A DNA stretch of 64,000 nt from Camelus dromedarius (lineage: Eukaryota), in assembly GCF_036321535.1 (NCBI RefSeq), contig NC_087436.1:21454001-21518000 (forward strand), in the 5' to 3' direction. The notes below the pieces were generated by a model, which saw only the letters and a list, made by a program, of their open reading frames with translations, was not told the DNA's origin and searched no databases. How positions within the stretch are numbered: position 1 is the stretch's first letter; each line of letters opens with the position of its first letter. Below are positions 51,107-64,000 of this stretch, piece after piece. The position numbers and the translations under genes are program-made.

Positions 51107-52081
51107 CCCTAGGGAGATGGGTTGTCAGGGAAGCTTTTATCCCTCTCTCCACCTTGTTAGTTGAAGGAGATAATCTGATTAATTTGGGGGTAATCTGATA
51201 ATTCTGATTAATCTGATGGGTCAATAGGGAAAACAGATTTGAAACAAATACAAAAACACATAATTACTAACTGTGATATATATGAAGGAAAAGCAGTAAG
51301 TCCTATAAGTTTACAATGTGAAAGGTGAATGGAAATTAATCTTGTGTTGGAGTGAGGCTTTTCTAGTTGGAATGGCTTGGTGGATGGGAGAATAGGGTAC
51401 CTCAGGCTCTTATTCTCTTGATTTTCCTTGTATTCCTGACTATGTGATAGAATTGAAAAAGATTGGGCAGTGCTTTCCTCTCTGTAAAGAAGAGCTTGTC
51501 ACTCTCTCCGCAAGGCCTTTGCCTCTGTCTTGTATGTTACATGCTGTAAAATGGTGTATGTGACCTGAGCCCCCTAGAGTCGTGTCACCTCTGCCTGGCA
51601 AGTGGCTTTAGAGTCTGCACTACGATTCTGCCTCTCTCCTGAGTGGGTTTTAAGGATCCGAGTTAGAGTGTTAGCAGGATCCAGAGTTAGGTCTGTTAGC
51701 AGACCACTTAGGTCTAAAGTTCAATCCATGCTCTCAAATCCGACTGTTAATAGAAAGACGTGAATTTTAAACTGATTGGGTGTTTGTCTAGATTGAGTAA
51801 AATGGACTCTATGGTTACAAGTTCTTTGTAAGAGTACTTTATAATTTAGAACCCAGAGAGATGAGTTCAATTCTCTGAACTTCCAACATTAAGAATTGGG
51901 TATTCAAACTATATTTCAAAAGCAGGAAGAAAAAAAAAAAGAAAATTTGATTTCTCTTTATCTCTCTCTGGAATAATACATATCTCTCACTTCAACTAAC
52001 CTGAGAAATATGACACCCTAAAGTGATTCTGATTTGGAATGAGAGGAATGGAATATACTGAAAATAACTGCTTCAGAAGGG

Positions 52082-52510
52082 TGTGGCAGATGTTATAGAT
52101 TGGCTGTACCAAATTCTTTTATAATCCCCTCCCTTTCTTTTCTTCCACTAGAGTAGTAGAAATCTTAAGGATTCATGTTCCTTAGACTCCCTTGAAGCTA
52201 GGTCGAGCCACGTAATGTAGATGAGGTAAATGAAATAAGTGTTTCTTTTCCCCCATCTTTCTGGATGAGATGGTTCCTAGCAGGTGCCTGCAGGTGCAGT
52301 GCCATCTTGCACACACGAACAGGAAAACTCCCTGCCAAGGGTGCTGGCACAGGAGATGGAAGGAGTCTGTTTGCTTGATAACATCATTGAGCCTTTCAAC
52401 CGCCAACCCTTAGACTTCTTGTTGCATGATATAAATAAATTCTCATGGTTCAAATGACTTTTAGTCAAATTTTTAGTTATTTAATGGTAAACATAATCCT
52501 AACTGATACC
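52082..52510 (+). mobile_element. Old solo LTR (MaLR MLT1 or ERVL type)
   Basis: Starts TGTGGCAGA. 3' end aataaattctcatggttcaa...aaacataatcctaactgatac resembles old MaLR/ERVL LTR ends. Confidence 0.6.
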
Positions 52511-53304
52511 AAAAGAAGCTCAGCATGTTAGATGAAAATTGTTATTATAAAATAATGTTCAGAGGACATAATTTAGGTAGTGAAGGGGGAAAAAGCATTG
52601 GTTTGAAATTTAATAGTTTGAATGAATAAGTTCTAAGTAGTTTGTAATACTAAACCTTTATTCCTTTAAATGCAAGAAATCATGGCGGGGCTCTTAGAAC
52701 TCACAATTGTAGCAGTTTCCAAACTAGAGAAAATTCAAGATCTCTTCATTCACAATGCCCATCAAACACCTAATATGTATCAGGTATGTGCCATAAGCGC
52801 ATGTTAAATGAATAATTGAAAATGCCATTGAAGGAATAAATGAATGTGAAAGTTGTTTCTTGTAGGAAGTATCATAGATGACCTTATCAAGAATATTTAA
52901 AAACACAAATCAGGAAAGTTGTAGAAGTTTTTATACTTATTTCTGTTGATATCAGTAACTTTGAAAGACAGATGTAGACCCTGACATGAAATGATTTTAA
53001 TGTTTCAAAAAGATATGATCTTGTCTGTTGTGAAAGTAGGAAGGACAATTTATTTAGTCTGAGAGTGTGTGAATAAAATAAACAAATGGAAACATGATCT
53101 TTAGATTTTATTATGAAAGTTGAAATTAATTTCTAAAATGTCTATACTTGCGTCAAATTATTCTCTGGAACTGAAAGGGAAACAATGTAACATAATATTA
53201 GGAAGCACAACGACATTTTAGAATATAAAATGATGACTGATGAGTGGTTTTGACTCTGTTTTACAAGTTTGGGAGGAGTCAGAGTTGTATCTTTTCTTAT
53301 AAAA

Positions 53305-53560
53305 CTATAATTGTGAGTATACGCTTTCCTGAATTTTATGAGTCATGCTAGTGAGTTATAGAGCCTGAGGAGGTCATGAGAACCCTTGGATTTTCAGCCA
53401 GTTGATCAGAAGTGTGGGTGTCCTGGAGACCACCTGAACTTGCAGCTGGCATCTGAAGTCAGAGCAGTCTAGTGGAGGACTGAACCCTTAACTTGTAGGG
53501 TCTACGCTAACTCCAGGTGGTTTGTGCCTGAATTGTATTGAAGGATATTAGTTTGTTGAA
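53305..53560 (+). mobile_element. MER21-like LTR fragment
   Basis: ggcatctgaagt...gcagtct...ggactgaacccttaac...acgctaactccagg resembles the MER21 3' part. Confidence 0.65.
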
Positions 53561-53624
53561 ATGGAATACTGTCCATAATAAATGAGTGGTGTTTGCAGCC
53601 CAGTAGTAGTCTCAGATTGTATCC

Positions 53625-55938
53625 TGTCTGCCATTAGGTTGACTTTCCTGGGAAATTCTCTCCTTAATGGAGATTAATTTGCAGGAGATTTTTTGGGTAG
53701 TATTCTTAGGATCAACAGTTTTTGAAGGGAAGATGAGAGTAGGATTGGGCAAGGGGAGGATTCAAGCTGTGATGCAGTCTTAACAGAAGACTCCCCTCTC
53801 CCTACAGAGTCTTTTAAAGGTAGGATGACTCCTCAAAGCTACCCCAAGTTAAGGTAAGAGACGTGGACCTTGACACCACTGTATTCTATGTAGGCCACCC
53901 AAGGCGAGGGTATGACAATGGTTGAGACGTTTCTCTTTGACTGAAGCAATCTTAGAAGGAAGTTGCCAACTGAGGATTGCCTGTCAGTAGCACACTCAGA
54001 GGCTGGGATAATCTTTTTTTCATTCCTGAAGGGGAATCTGAGCAGCGTATCACAGAACCCAACACAGTCCATTTCTTTTGCTGCTCAGATTTCTTCCTAA
54101 AAGGTTTGGAAGTAGCTCCTCTAGGTTTCAAAGGGGAAGATTATTGGGAGAAACTACAACCCCCCTGCCTGTTGCAGATCGTCTTGCAATTGAACCTCAT
54201 CCTCTCCCATGTTTAATACCCATTTTATATTGCCCTCACTCTCAGCTAGAACTTGTGGTCTTATTGGCTTACGTGGTGGCATGGCTCATCCTTGAGGGGT
54301 TTGAGCCCTTGATTAATAGAGTTGTTTCCCTTGTCTGTTTACCTTCAAAACCAGGCAAAGAGCACCACAACATCCCAAATGGATGAACAGGTGTCAAACA
54401 TAACATTCCTTACTCCTAGTATATAACAGTAGTTCTGCCTACCCTTGACAGTTATCCTTGCAAGATGGCGACATCTTGCCTGCTGATCCTTGAGTACAAA
54501 TTGCCTGAAATACCCAGATGACCACATTCTGTAGTTCAGTGGAACTCTTGCTGAAGATTCTAGTATAAACAGTATCCTATTGGGAAACAGGAGCTCAGAA
54601 TCCATTGAGCCTAGAATTGAAGATATGGGAAGTACATTCCCTAATGTGTACTGCGAGTGATTGGAAGCAGGAGCCCCTTGGCTCCCAGACAAAAGCAGTC
54701 ATCCTATTGGGGACCTGGAACCATATAAATATTATTGATTCCAAGTATATAGTGCATCCTGGAAGATGGTGCACCATATTCAGAAATTACCGCATTTAAA
54801 CATGCTTCAGCTGTGACTTCAACAGGCTGTCCCATTGCTTTACGAGGTCAGCAGTTTCAGGATGGTGTGGTATGTGATATGACCAGTGAATTCCACAGTC
54901 CTTACCTAAGTATAAATACATACCTTCTTTGCTGTAAAGTGAGTCCTTTAGTCTGATAGGAAGTTATATGTGATCCCAGGCTGTTGGATAAACCCTCTAA
55001 GAGAGGTGCAGGCTAAGGTACTGTAGGCAGGAAAGGCAAACCAATACCCAGAATTTGTCTTTATTTTCATTAAAATGAATTTCTGCTCTTGCCTGGGTGA
55101 AAGCAGTCCAGTGCAGTCTACTTGCCACCAGGTGGCTGGGTGGTCTTTTCAAGGAATGGTGCTGTATAGAGGACTCAGCACTGGTCTTTGGTGTTAGCAG
55201 GTTGGGCTTCCTTGGCAAGTAGGGGCTTAAGTTACTGCACTCATGCAAGGCCCCTTTCCCTGACACCAAAGGTACTCAGTTTATGTGCCCATTGCACCAG
55301 CACTGGGATGGCGGATTATAGGGAACAGTTGATATTAAGTGATTGAATCATTTTGATTACCTCATTGTTTAGTGACTCTTCTGTGGGGGTTGCTTTCTGG
55401 TGGGCATTAACATGTAAAACAAAGATTTTATACTTCATGCCCACTCTTACATGTCCATTTATATACCTCTACTTTCTCTTTCTCCAACCCTGGTACCAAG
55501 TTTTGCAGGTTGGGTTCCCGGGCAGTAGAGTCCTAAATGGAATTAGTGTGGGGGAGGTTTATTAGGAATGCTTGTGGGATTTATGTCTGTGGATGAATGG
55601 GGATGGAGGGAAGCAGGATGGGGCAGAAGGAAATGCTGAGCTGCTGTAATGAAGTCTGAATGGAGGCCTCAACTGACCATTTGGGGAGTTATGAAGATGG
55701 AATGAGCTGGGGAGAAAGGGCTAGGCCTAAATATACACACATGTCATTTATTGGATATAGGATTCTTAGGACAGAGATATGACTTTGGCCAAGGTGGCTT
55801 TCTTTAGGTATGATAATTCCCAAAGGGGGTTATAGCCTAGGGCTGACCATCTGCCCAAGTAACTAAAAATTGGATGATAAATTTAAATTCTTCATTCCTG
55901 AAGGGGAATCTGGATGGCACAACACAGTGTCCACCACT
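53625..55938 (-). mobile_element. Internally deleted ERVL provirus with both LTRs (~53625-54066 and ~55503-55938)
   Basis: Two related ~440-bp direct repeats sharing TTCATTCCTGAAGGGGAATCTG and aggat(t/g)gggca. PBS-like TGGTACCAGG (minus strand, 55498-55489) next to the right LTR; degenerate PPT next to the left LTR. Interior resembles the integrase-dUTPase region of the 21-25 kb ERVL. Confidence 0.8.
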
Positions 55939-56089
55939 GTAGAAAGTTGGAGGCCTTTTCCAATTTGAATGACTGCAGTCCCTTTTAATGCAAGTTACAT
56001 CCATAATTTGAAGCAGACTTCTTTATGGCTGGAGCATTGCTGTATACTGTAGGAAAACACCCTTAAGATTCTTAGTAGCCATTTATCTA

Positions 56090-57168
56090 ATTGAGACAGT
56101 CTACTGGGTACTATTTTAAATCTTTCTGAGGTCTTAGGAAAGGGTCATACAGCCACACCCTGAGTCAGTCTTTGCTCTAAGGCCATTTCTTACTTTATTT
56201 ATTTATTTGTTTGTGTTTATTTATTTATTTATTTGCTGGGGAAGCTTGGGATGGGAATAATAAGTCCAGCCTAGCAATTCCAGGGCTCTCTGTATATCCT
56301 GTATATTCTGTTTGCAAACCCATCAATTCCTTGTTTATAATCTCTCTCTTCTTGTACCTTATACATAGCTCAAAGAAGGCAATGGCCACTTTCAATAGTC
56401 TGCCTAATACATTAGCTGGAGCCACATATCTTCTAGGTACATTATCTAGCTTCTAAGTTACTTCAGGTAAGAGTTTTATCAATTATTCCCACATTATACA
56501 CCATGAGTTTCTATATTTTTCCAGATTCCAGTAAGAATCATCACTGCCTCTCAGGCCCCACTAACATTTGGTTCATCGTTCTTCCAGCCATCCTTCCTCC
56601 TTTTCTAGCCTCTACTCAACCTATTCACCACGTGATCCCAAATACAATGATGTATGTTTATGTTTTGTTAAGTCAGTACTCCACTTCTAGTTACACATTT
56701 CTGTATCAATTATTTATTTCTGCATAAAAAAGCACCCCCAAACTTAGAAGCTTAAAACAACAACCTATTTACTTACTCATGATTCTGCAATTTGACTTGG
56801 TACAGCTGGGTGGTTCTTGTGCTGAGCTTTCTTGGGGTCATTGGTGTGGCTGCTGTAATCTGGCTGCTCCACTGGGAGTATGTCTGGCTGTTAATCTGGG
56901 TTGTTGGCTGGAGGGGAAGGGTGTTATTTACAGGTTCTCTCTTGCAGGATAGCCTGGGTTTTTTTAAATAGTCACTACAGACATTCAAGAAGATGAGAAC
57001 AGAGTTCTAAAGTTTGAGTCTGATACTTGGAAGTTCCTAGCTCTACTTTACCACATTCTGTTGGTCAGAGCAAATCACAAGCCAGCCCTCGTTCAAGGGG
57101 TTGGGAAATAAAACCTACTTTTTGAGGAGTGAAACATAAAATATTTTGTGGTCAAATTTAATCTCTAT
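56090..57168 (-). mobile_element. MLT1 (MaLR) LTR 56702-57168 with adjoining internal sequence
   Basis: tgtatcaattatttatttctgcat...ccccaaacttag..gcttaaaacaacaa...ctcatgattctg is typical of a reverse-oriented MLT1. PBS-like ccacttctagttac precedes it. Confidence 0.75.
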
Positions 57169-57617
57169 ATTTAAAAATAGTGTTAGCTATTTTTGACTCT
57201 CTCCCCAGGCCATGTCTCTTATATTCATCTTTTCCTTCATCTACTTCTTTAACCACTTATTCAGTGTAAATTTGACAACTATTTATGGGATACCTAATAT
57301 GTACCAGGCATTGTGATGAGCATTGGAAATCTAAACTTCAAAAACTGATGAAATTATAAACATCTCTTAAAATTGTAAAATTCTGAGTGCTCTGTTATAG
57401 TTTTGCTCTTGAGTTTTAAGTGTTTTATCATTGTGCAAAGCTTATAACATATGATTCAATTGAGCTACTCAGCTGCAAACAGAAGTTATAAAAGCGAATG
57501 AAATGTCAAGATGAACCATACCTTCCTGTGAATGAATTTTTCTAACTTCATTTGTAGGATAACTTGGTTTCAGAACACATAAATTAATAAAAAACAAGCA
57601 AAGACTTGTTTTTCTTA

Positions 57618-57664
57618 AAAATAAAGCTGAACAAAAGGTAAGGCCTTTTGTTCAGCTTTATTTT
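57618..57664. repeat. Perfect 21-bp inverted repeat with 5-nt loop
   Basis: AAAATAAAGCTGAACAAAAGG-TAAGG-CCTTTTGTTCAGCTTTATTTT. Confidence 0.97.
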
Positions 57665-58727
57665 AAAGGGTAAGCTGTTTTTTGTTTTTTTTTTAATGAT
57701 TCATAGGTCCCTTGGATATCCAGGCATCTATAACTGCTGTATAACCAGCCCTGGTGGGCCATAAATAGAAGTTCTCTCTCTGGATGGAGAATTCTGATCA
57801 CTCAGGAGGACTCCAGGCTCATCTCAAACATGATATCCTTCAAAGGACTCTGACCATCCTCACCTTTCCCCAAGAGTTAGTTGCTTTCTCTTTGTGTTAT
57901 TATAGCAACTAGTATAGCACCCTAGTATAACATGTATGGCATATTTTGAACTATTTGTTTGGTTTATGTAACTTAAACTATGATCTTCTCAAGAGCAGGG
58001 TCTTACTTTGCATTCTCTGGATCTAACCTCACATATGGTAGACACGTAACATCTTTGTTAAATATACGAATACGGGATGTGAGAGCTTGCCATATGTGAA
58101 TTATGATGATGTTATAAATTACTCCAGTTGCTTTATCAACTGTTGGAGTGCCGGAACTACCTCCTAGTCATAGAAATTCAAAGTTAACAAATACCTTTGA
58201 GTCAATCAGATCAGTATTTTTTTCTATTTTATATAACTGAGTAAAAAGACTCAGAGGGTTTAAGAGACTGCCTGAGGTAATACAGTTGATTGTAAAATAA
58301 GGACAAAGCCAGAGAATTTGATTGCCAGTTCTTTTCACTCTACCAAGGTGCCCTCTCATCCCAGGATTCCTGATTTAAGGTCTCATTTTTAATTGGGTAG
58401 GATCTTCTCCAGTGCTGCTCAAAGTAACTATAGCTGACTTGCTTTGAAAAATATGAGTGTGTTCTTGTCAGCATGGACTTTCCCTAATTGATTAGTTAGC
58501 TCTCCAAGTCACTGTCTCCATTTTAGAAAATCTGCTGTTTTCAGGGGACAAGCATTGGCATTTCAGTAAGATATATCTCTCTCATTCTGAACCCACTGTA
58601 TCTTTAGTGTACAGAAAATGCTAAATAAAGATCTGTTGCCAAGTTTATTCATATTCTTGAAATACAGCTAGGTTATAAAAAGTCAGCAGTAAAAGTGTGA
58701 AGGTGATACAGGAAAAAAAATGTAGGG

Positions 58728-59272
58728 TGAGAGAATGGCCGTGTCCCAGGTCTCAGCTGAGTCCCTGGGGTGCATCCTGCCAAGTGTGGGTCCTTGGATT
58801 TGCACAGGAAAGAATTCAAGAGTGAGCCACATTTGAGTAAAGGTAGATTTATTTAGAGAGATACATACTCCATAGACAGAGGGTGGGCCAACTTGGAAGG
58901 CGAGGGAGCAAAAGGATGAAAGGCACAGTGTTGCTAGTTTTTATGGGCTTGGTAGCTTCATGGGCTAAAAAGTGGGAGGATTATTCCAACTATTTTTGGG
59001 AAAGGGGCTGAGATTCTCAGGAACTGGACCACCGCCCACTTTTTGACCTATTATGGTTAGGCTTGGAACTTCCATGGCACCTGAGGGAGTGCCATTTACC
59101 ATGTTAATGTATTACAATGAGCATATAATGACGCTCAAGGTCTACTGGGAGCCAAATCTCCTGCCATCTTGGGCCTCAGGGCCTGTTGAGGGTCGAATTT
59201 TCTGCCACCTTCATGTTAAATGCTGTGTCGTTTCTTGAATGGCTGTGACCTGCTCCCTTTCTTCCTATCTCA
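58728..59272 (-). mobile_element. Solo ERV1-like LTR
   Basis: Termini TGAGA and TCTCA, 545 bp, minus-strand AATAAA near 58850, GC-richer than the flanks. Confidence 0.78.
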
Positions 59273-60744
59273 GAGGTGGGAAGGGAGAGGTCTTATAGAT
59301 GTGATCGTCTGTTTGGCATGATAAGAAATTAATTTGAATGGTAGGATACAGAGCTAGTTTATAAAAAGCATGGAAAGAGGGAAAGGTTGCTGGAACACTG
59401 GACTGTTTGCGCATATGATGGCCATACTTTTTTATGCTGGGTTAAAGAGAATTATAAATTTTCCACAAGGGATTGGTATGAGCAAAGCAGGATATTGCTA
59501 AGATTAATTTGGCGATTTATGTAGAGAGACAAAGACAAAAAGTGAAATACTAATACACATTCACACACACACAGGATCTTACTGTAATTAAGTATATAGG
59601 TCATGAAGATACGTTCTAAGACAGTAGGAAGAATGCAGAGATAAGATCTCAAACCTTGATTAATTTACCCAGTGTTTTATTTTCCAGTTGCTCCATTAGT
59701 TTTCAGAATCATTTCTCTTTTCTTGCTTTTCTTACCCAACTTTCACTTTGAAATACTGGTCGTTTCTGAGATACTTAATGAATCTATTGAGAAAACCACC
59801 ATCTATTTCAGTGCAGTGGAGGAGGAATAGGTACTGGAAGCCTTCATATAGGCAAAGTTGATTTAGATTTGTTGGTGTTATTACTGAGTTTGGTCCATCT
59901 TTCCTCCCTCACTGGTGATGCTGGGAGACTTTCTTAGTCTTTTTTCCAGGTCAGAAAAAAACAATGAGAAAAGGAAAGAGTCTGTATGTCTATGTTTGAG
60001 GAGTAGGTGGTGAGGGGTGGGGCTACAGGAGCTCATGGAAGAGGATAAAAAATTATGGCTATTGGTTAGATATTTTTTATTATGCACTTTTCTCTTTTTC
60101 CCCCTATTGTGGCTGAAGGCTACTAGGGAGAGGAAGGGCCTTTATTGGATTATAATAAGCATTCTTGTTTCTCACCCCACTTAATGAATCACTCAGTAAG
60201 TAAGATGTGTGATTCTTTGTGATCCCATATCTATCTGTAGATTTTCAATTCTGGATAAGCCAATTCCTGGGGAGTAAACCTCCTCTGCTCTTAAATCTTC
60301 TATTTTTTTGATACTATTACAAGCCTAGAAATTCTTCACAATTGTCCTGTGAATTGGGCTACTTTTTTTTCCTCCCCAAATGAATCTTTTATGAAAAATC
60401 ATTTAAGATTTTTTATTTATTTAAAAAATAGTATTAACTGGTTTTAAGCAGATTTTTCAACCAATAGAGGAATTAACCATTAGATTACTGTAAGCATAAA
60501 GCCTCACAGGGCATTGAAAGTATCATATTAAAACTTCTGTTTATATTTTAATTAAATTAGCAGAAGGTGACATAAGAATAAATAAGGATTGGCAACTTTT
60601 TCTCTCAATGGAGTGTCACCAGATGGCAGTGTCTCAGTAGATCAGCATATTCAGCCTTACTGGTCCCAAAACGGAATTTGATTTATCTACCTAGAGATGA
60701 TAAGCCTCATACTGACCCAGCTCATAAGATACTCATTTCACCAC

Positions 60745-61360
60745 CACTTCATCAGAACTTTTATTGAGGTATCTACTAACACCAAATCCAATGGTGAATT
60801 TCCTCCCCTTAAGTTACTCACATTCTCAGCAATATATGACTCAGCTAATTGCTCTCTTCTTAAAACTTAGTATGTGGTTGTTAGAACACACCGCCCTGGC
60901 TTTTCCTTGCTTGCACAGCGTTCTCTGCTTGATCCATTTACAGTAGGGTACTCAGAGTTCAGCCCCCAGCCCACTTTCTTCTCTATTTTTGCTCTATTTA
61001 GACAATCTAATCTAAACGCATTACTTTAAATGCAGTCTATATGTTGATGACTCCCAGGGTTCTATCTACATGCCTGCCCTCTCCATGAGCTACAAGACTT
61101 GTATATCCAACTACCTGCTTGTGGTCTCAAATTGGATATCAAATGAGCATCCCAAATTTAAGTCCAAAAGTAAGCACTTAATTTCTAGCCTCCACCACCC
61201 TTGGTAACTGGCTCTTCCCTCTTCTTTTCCATCTCAATGAATTTGTGATTCTTTTTTCCCCCTCCTCATCCCCCAAATCTAGTCCATCAGCAAGTCCTAT
61301 CAGCTCTACCTTCAAATTAGATCCCCAATTCAAGTGCTTCTGCTCAGTTCTCATCACCAC
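60745..61360 (+). mobile_element. L2 fragment
   Basis: ccaaatccaatggt...tatatgttgatgactccca...gacttgtatatccaactacct matches the L2 RT region. Confidence 0.7.
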
Positions 61361-61374
61361 CTAGATCTGAGGAT

Positions 61375-63050
61375 GTCTTGTTAGGTAGAGTTACTTTTAT
61401 TATATGTCTTTTTCTGTTGCTTTTTTTTGCCAGTATATTATGTTCTTTGCTCACTACATATATATGTATATATGTGCATGCATATTTATATGCATAATGT
61501 ATAATAACTGTATACTTATGCATATATGTACATACATATATCTCTGTCTGTCTGTCTATCTATTTATCTACCTATCTAAACTTTTGGCCTAAATTTTATT
61601 TGTCATTTTGGCTAAATTTGTTAGCCCAGATTCCTTTAGTTTCATATTTGCCTAGTCTAATCTTTATTTTAAAACTTTTGAAAGCTTTTTGTTTTAGGTG
61701 TGCTCTACTAGACAATATTTTGTTGGGTATTTTTAAAAATCAATTTTGAGTCTCTGTTTCTGAATTGATTTATTTATCCCATTTGTGATTTTTGTATTAC
61801 CATTCTCCTAAGATTTATTGCTTGATATCATTTCATATTTTTCCAGTGACTTATTTTTTTCCCCTCCTTTTCTTGTTTTCTATTACACAGATCAAATTTG
61901 TTTCTTTTGGCTTAAAATTATATATTCTATTTTGTCCTCACTCTGGTTGCCCCTGTTATGCCTGTTGCCCTTTGCACTGGTACTAATGTTTATTTACCCT
62001 AAACAAGTTCTTTATCTTATTAGTATCTGTATTGTTAATCTTAATGAGACAAGTACTTTAATTTACTCATGTCTTTTTTGGTCTCTCTCTCTCCACCTTC
62101 ATCATAGTAATATAGCTGAGAGTATTAGTTGTGGGTAATAGATGCATTTTTTCTTCTTTAAAATTTTAAACCTTAATTTCTAGACAAAAAGAAACTCTGA
62201 GAAGATATGTAATTACCCTTACTTTTCATGTCCTTCTCGTACATCCTGAATTAAAATCCTGCCTGCCTTCTTTCCTTCCTTCCTCTCTCTCTCTTTTTCT
62301 TTCTTGTATTTTTGCTGGTAGTATTTAATGTGGATTTCTGTGTGGCACACCTTCTGAGACTCTGCCTAAAAATATTTTTATTACACCCTCATATTTGAAT
62401 GACAGTTTTGCTATGTACAAAATTCTAGGTTCAGAGTTCTTTTCCTTCAATTTTTAAAATTATCACTTCGTTGACTAGTTGCATCCTATAAAGGACCTGA
62501 GAAGTCTAAGGACAATAAGCTCCTTTTTCTATTGTGACATACTCTTTTATCCTAGAAACATTTTAAATTTTTTGCTTTGAAATGCCCTATAATAAGTATT
62601 GGCATCAAGTCTTACTTTGCTGGTACTTCATGAACCTTCCATTTGAGATCTGTTATCTTTCTTGAATTCTGGGAAATTTATCTCCATATTTCTTCAAATA
62701 TTTCCTTTTTTGTTTGTTTGTTTTTACTGTTTTCTTCTTTTGAGTCTCTTGTTATTCAGTTTTAGCATTTCTACTTTTATTCTCTTAACTTTTTTTCATA
62801 TTTTCTATTTATTTTTTTCCTCGACTTTTGGGAGAGTTCCAAAATTTGATATATTTTTAAAAACTGATATTGTGACCACCTTATACTATCTATTGTACTC
62901 TTTATTTCAACTATATTTTTAAATGTTTCCACATAGTTCTTTCTTTTTATGGGTTTTTAACTCTTTTGTGTTACTAATATGTTCTTTTATCCTCTTAAGT
63001 ATGTGTTGATTTTAAATTCTTGGTCTGATTCCCCTCAAAATTATGTTTTA
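61375..63050 (-). mobile_element. Old L1 / HAL1-type 5' and ORF1 fragment
   Basis: T-rich plus strand; ttgaatgacagttttgctatgtacaaaattctaggtt and ttgaattctgggaaattt are reverse L1 ORF1 motifs. Confidence 0.65.
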
Positions 63051-63269
63051 GATTCCTTTGTTTCTTGGCTTTTATCAGGACAAATGTAGGTCTTTCTGAG
63101 CCATTATAACTTTCTGTGTATATTGGATAGGTAACCAGAAAACCAGGTTTAATGTCTAATGCTGTCACTTTTCAGCTGTTTAACTTTGGACAGATCTCTT
63201 AAACTTCTAGAACTGGAATCTCTTATCTATAAATTGAAAGGGTTGGCATTTATGATCAATTAGATACCT

Positions 63270-64000
63270 TTCTTTTCTTTTCAGTTTTATTGAGGTATAA
63301 TTGACAAATAAAATTGTAAGATATTTAAAGTGTACAATGTGATGATTTGATATGTGTGTACCTTGTGAGAAGATTCCCTCCACTGAGTTAACACATCCAT
63401 CATCTCACATATTTTTTACCTTTTCTGTTGTTTGTTTTGGTGAGAACATTTAAGTTCTACTTCTTTACCAAATTTCAATCATATAAGACAGTGTTATCAA
63501 CTGTAGTCACCATGTTATACATTAGATTGTCATTCTTACTCATCTCATAAGTAAAAGTTTGTAACTTTTACCAGCCTCTCCCTATTTCTTCCCTGGCAAC
63601 TACCAGTCTATTCTGTTGTTATGAGTTTGACTTTTTTTTTTTTTAAGATTCCACGTATCATATAAGTGATACCATACAGTATTTGTCTTTCTCTTTTTGG
63701 CTTATTTCACTTAGCATAATGCCCTCCAGGTTTATTCATGTTGTCCCAAATAGCAGGATTTCCTTTTTTAAGGCTAACATTCCATTGTATATATGTACCA
63801 TATCTTTTTTACCCATTCGTATTGACTGACACTTCGGTTGTTTCCATATCTTGGCTCTTGTGAATAATGCTACAGTGAACGTGTGAGTGCAGGTATCTCT
63901 TCAAGATAACGATTTCATTTCCTTTGGATATAAACCCAGAAGTGGAATTGCTAGATCATATAGTAATTATATTTTAATTTCTTGAGGAATCTCAATATTA
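63270..64000 (-). mobile_element. L1MA-like 3' end, running off the window
   Basis: ttttattgaggtataattgacaaataaaattgta...tggcttatttcacttagcataatg...cccagaagtggaattgctagatcatat. Confidence 0.92.

Noticed and set aside
27500..64000. Numerous 60-130 aa ORFs in the intergenic half
   Set aside because: Many start at non-ATG codons, lie within repeats or have low-complexity composition; no exon chain or domain was recognised.

Overview
This is mammalian genomic DNA, AT-rich with one CpG island. It is most likely from a camelid, because four tRNA-Ala-derived vic-1-type SINEs are present. The only protein-coding gene is the 5' half of USP38 (ubiquitin-specific peptidase 38) on the minus strand. Six GT-AG coding exons (19157-18476, 16891-16756, 10544-10415, 8248-8147, 4035-3877, 2703-2510) splice into one open frame of 1403 nt that reaches the catalytic Cys box (Cys454); the gene continues off the left edge. 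The CpG-island promoter lies at about 18.5-20.1 kb. The remaining ~44 kb is intergenic and dominated by transposon fossils: an LTR-less ERVL gag-pro-pol-dUTPase body, a small two-LTR ERVL provirus, solo LTRs, a composite L1, L2/MIR, and Tigger/hAT MITEs. I found no evidence of a novel multi-gene system. The best leads are: a three-uORF 5' leader with a stop-start junction and an out-of-frame uORF overlapping the USP38 start; a foldback-like element with inverted 15-bp arrays; a perfect 21-bp hairpin; and several locally templated duplications. Repeat family names come from recognition by eye, and boundaries of old repeats are approximate.
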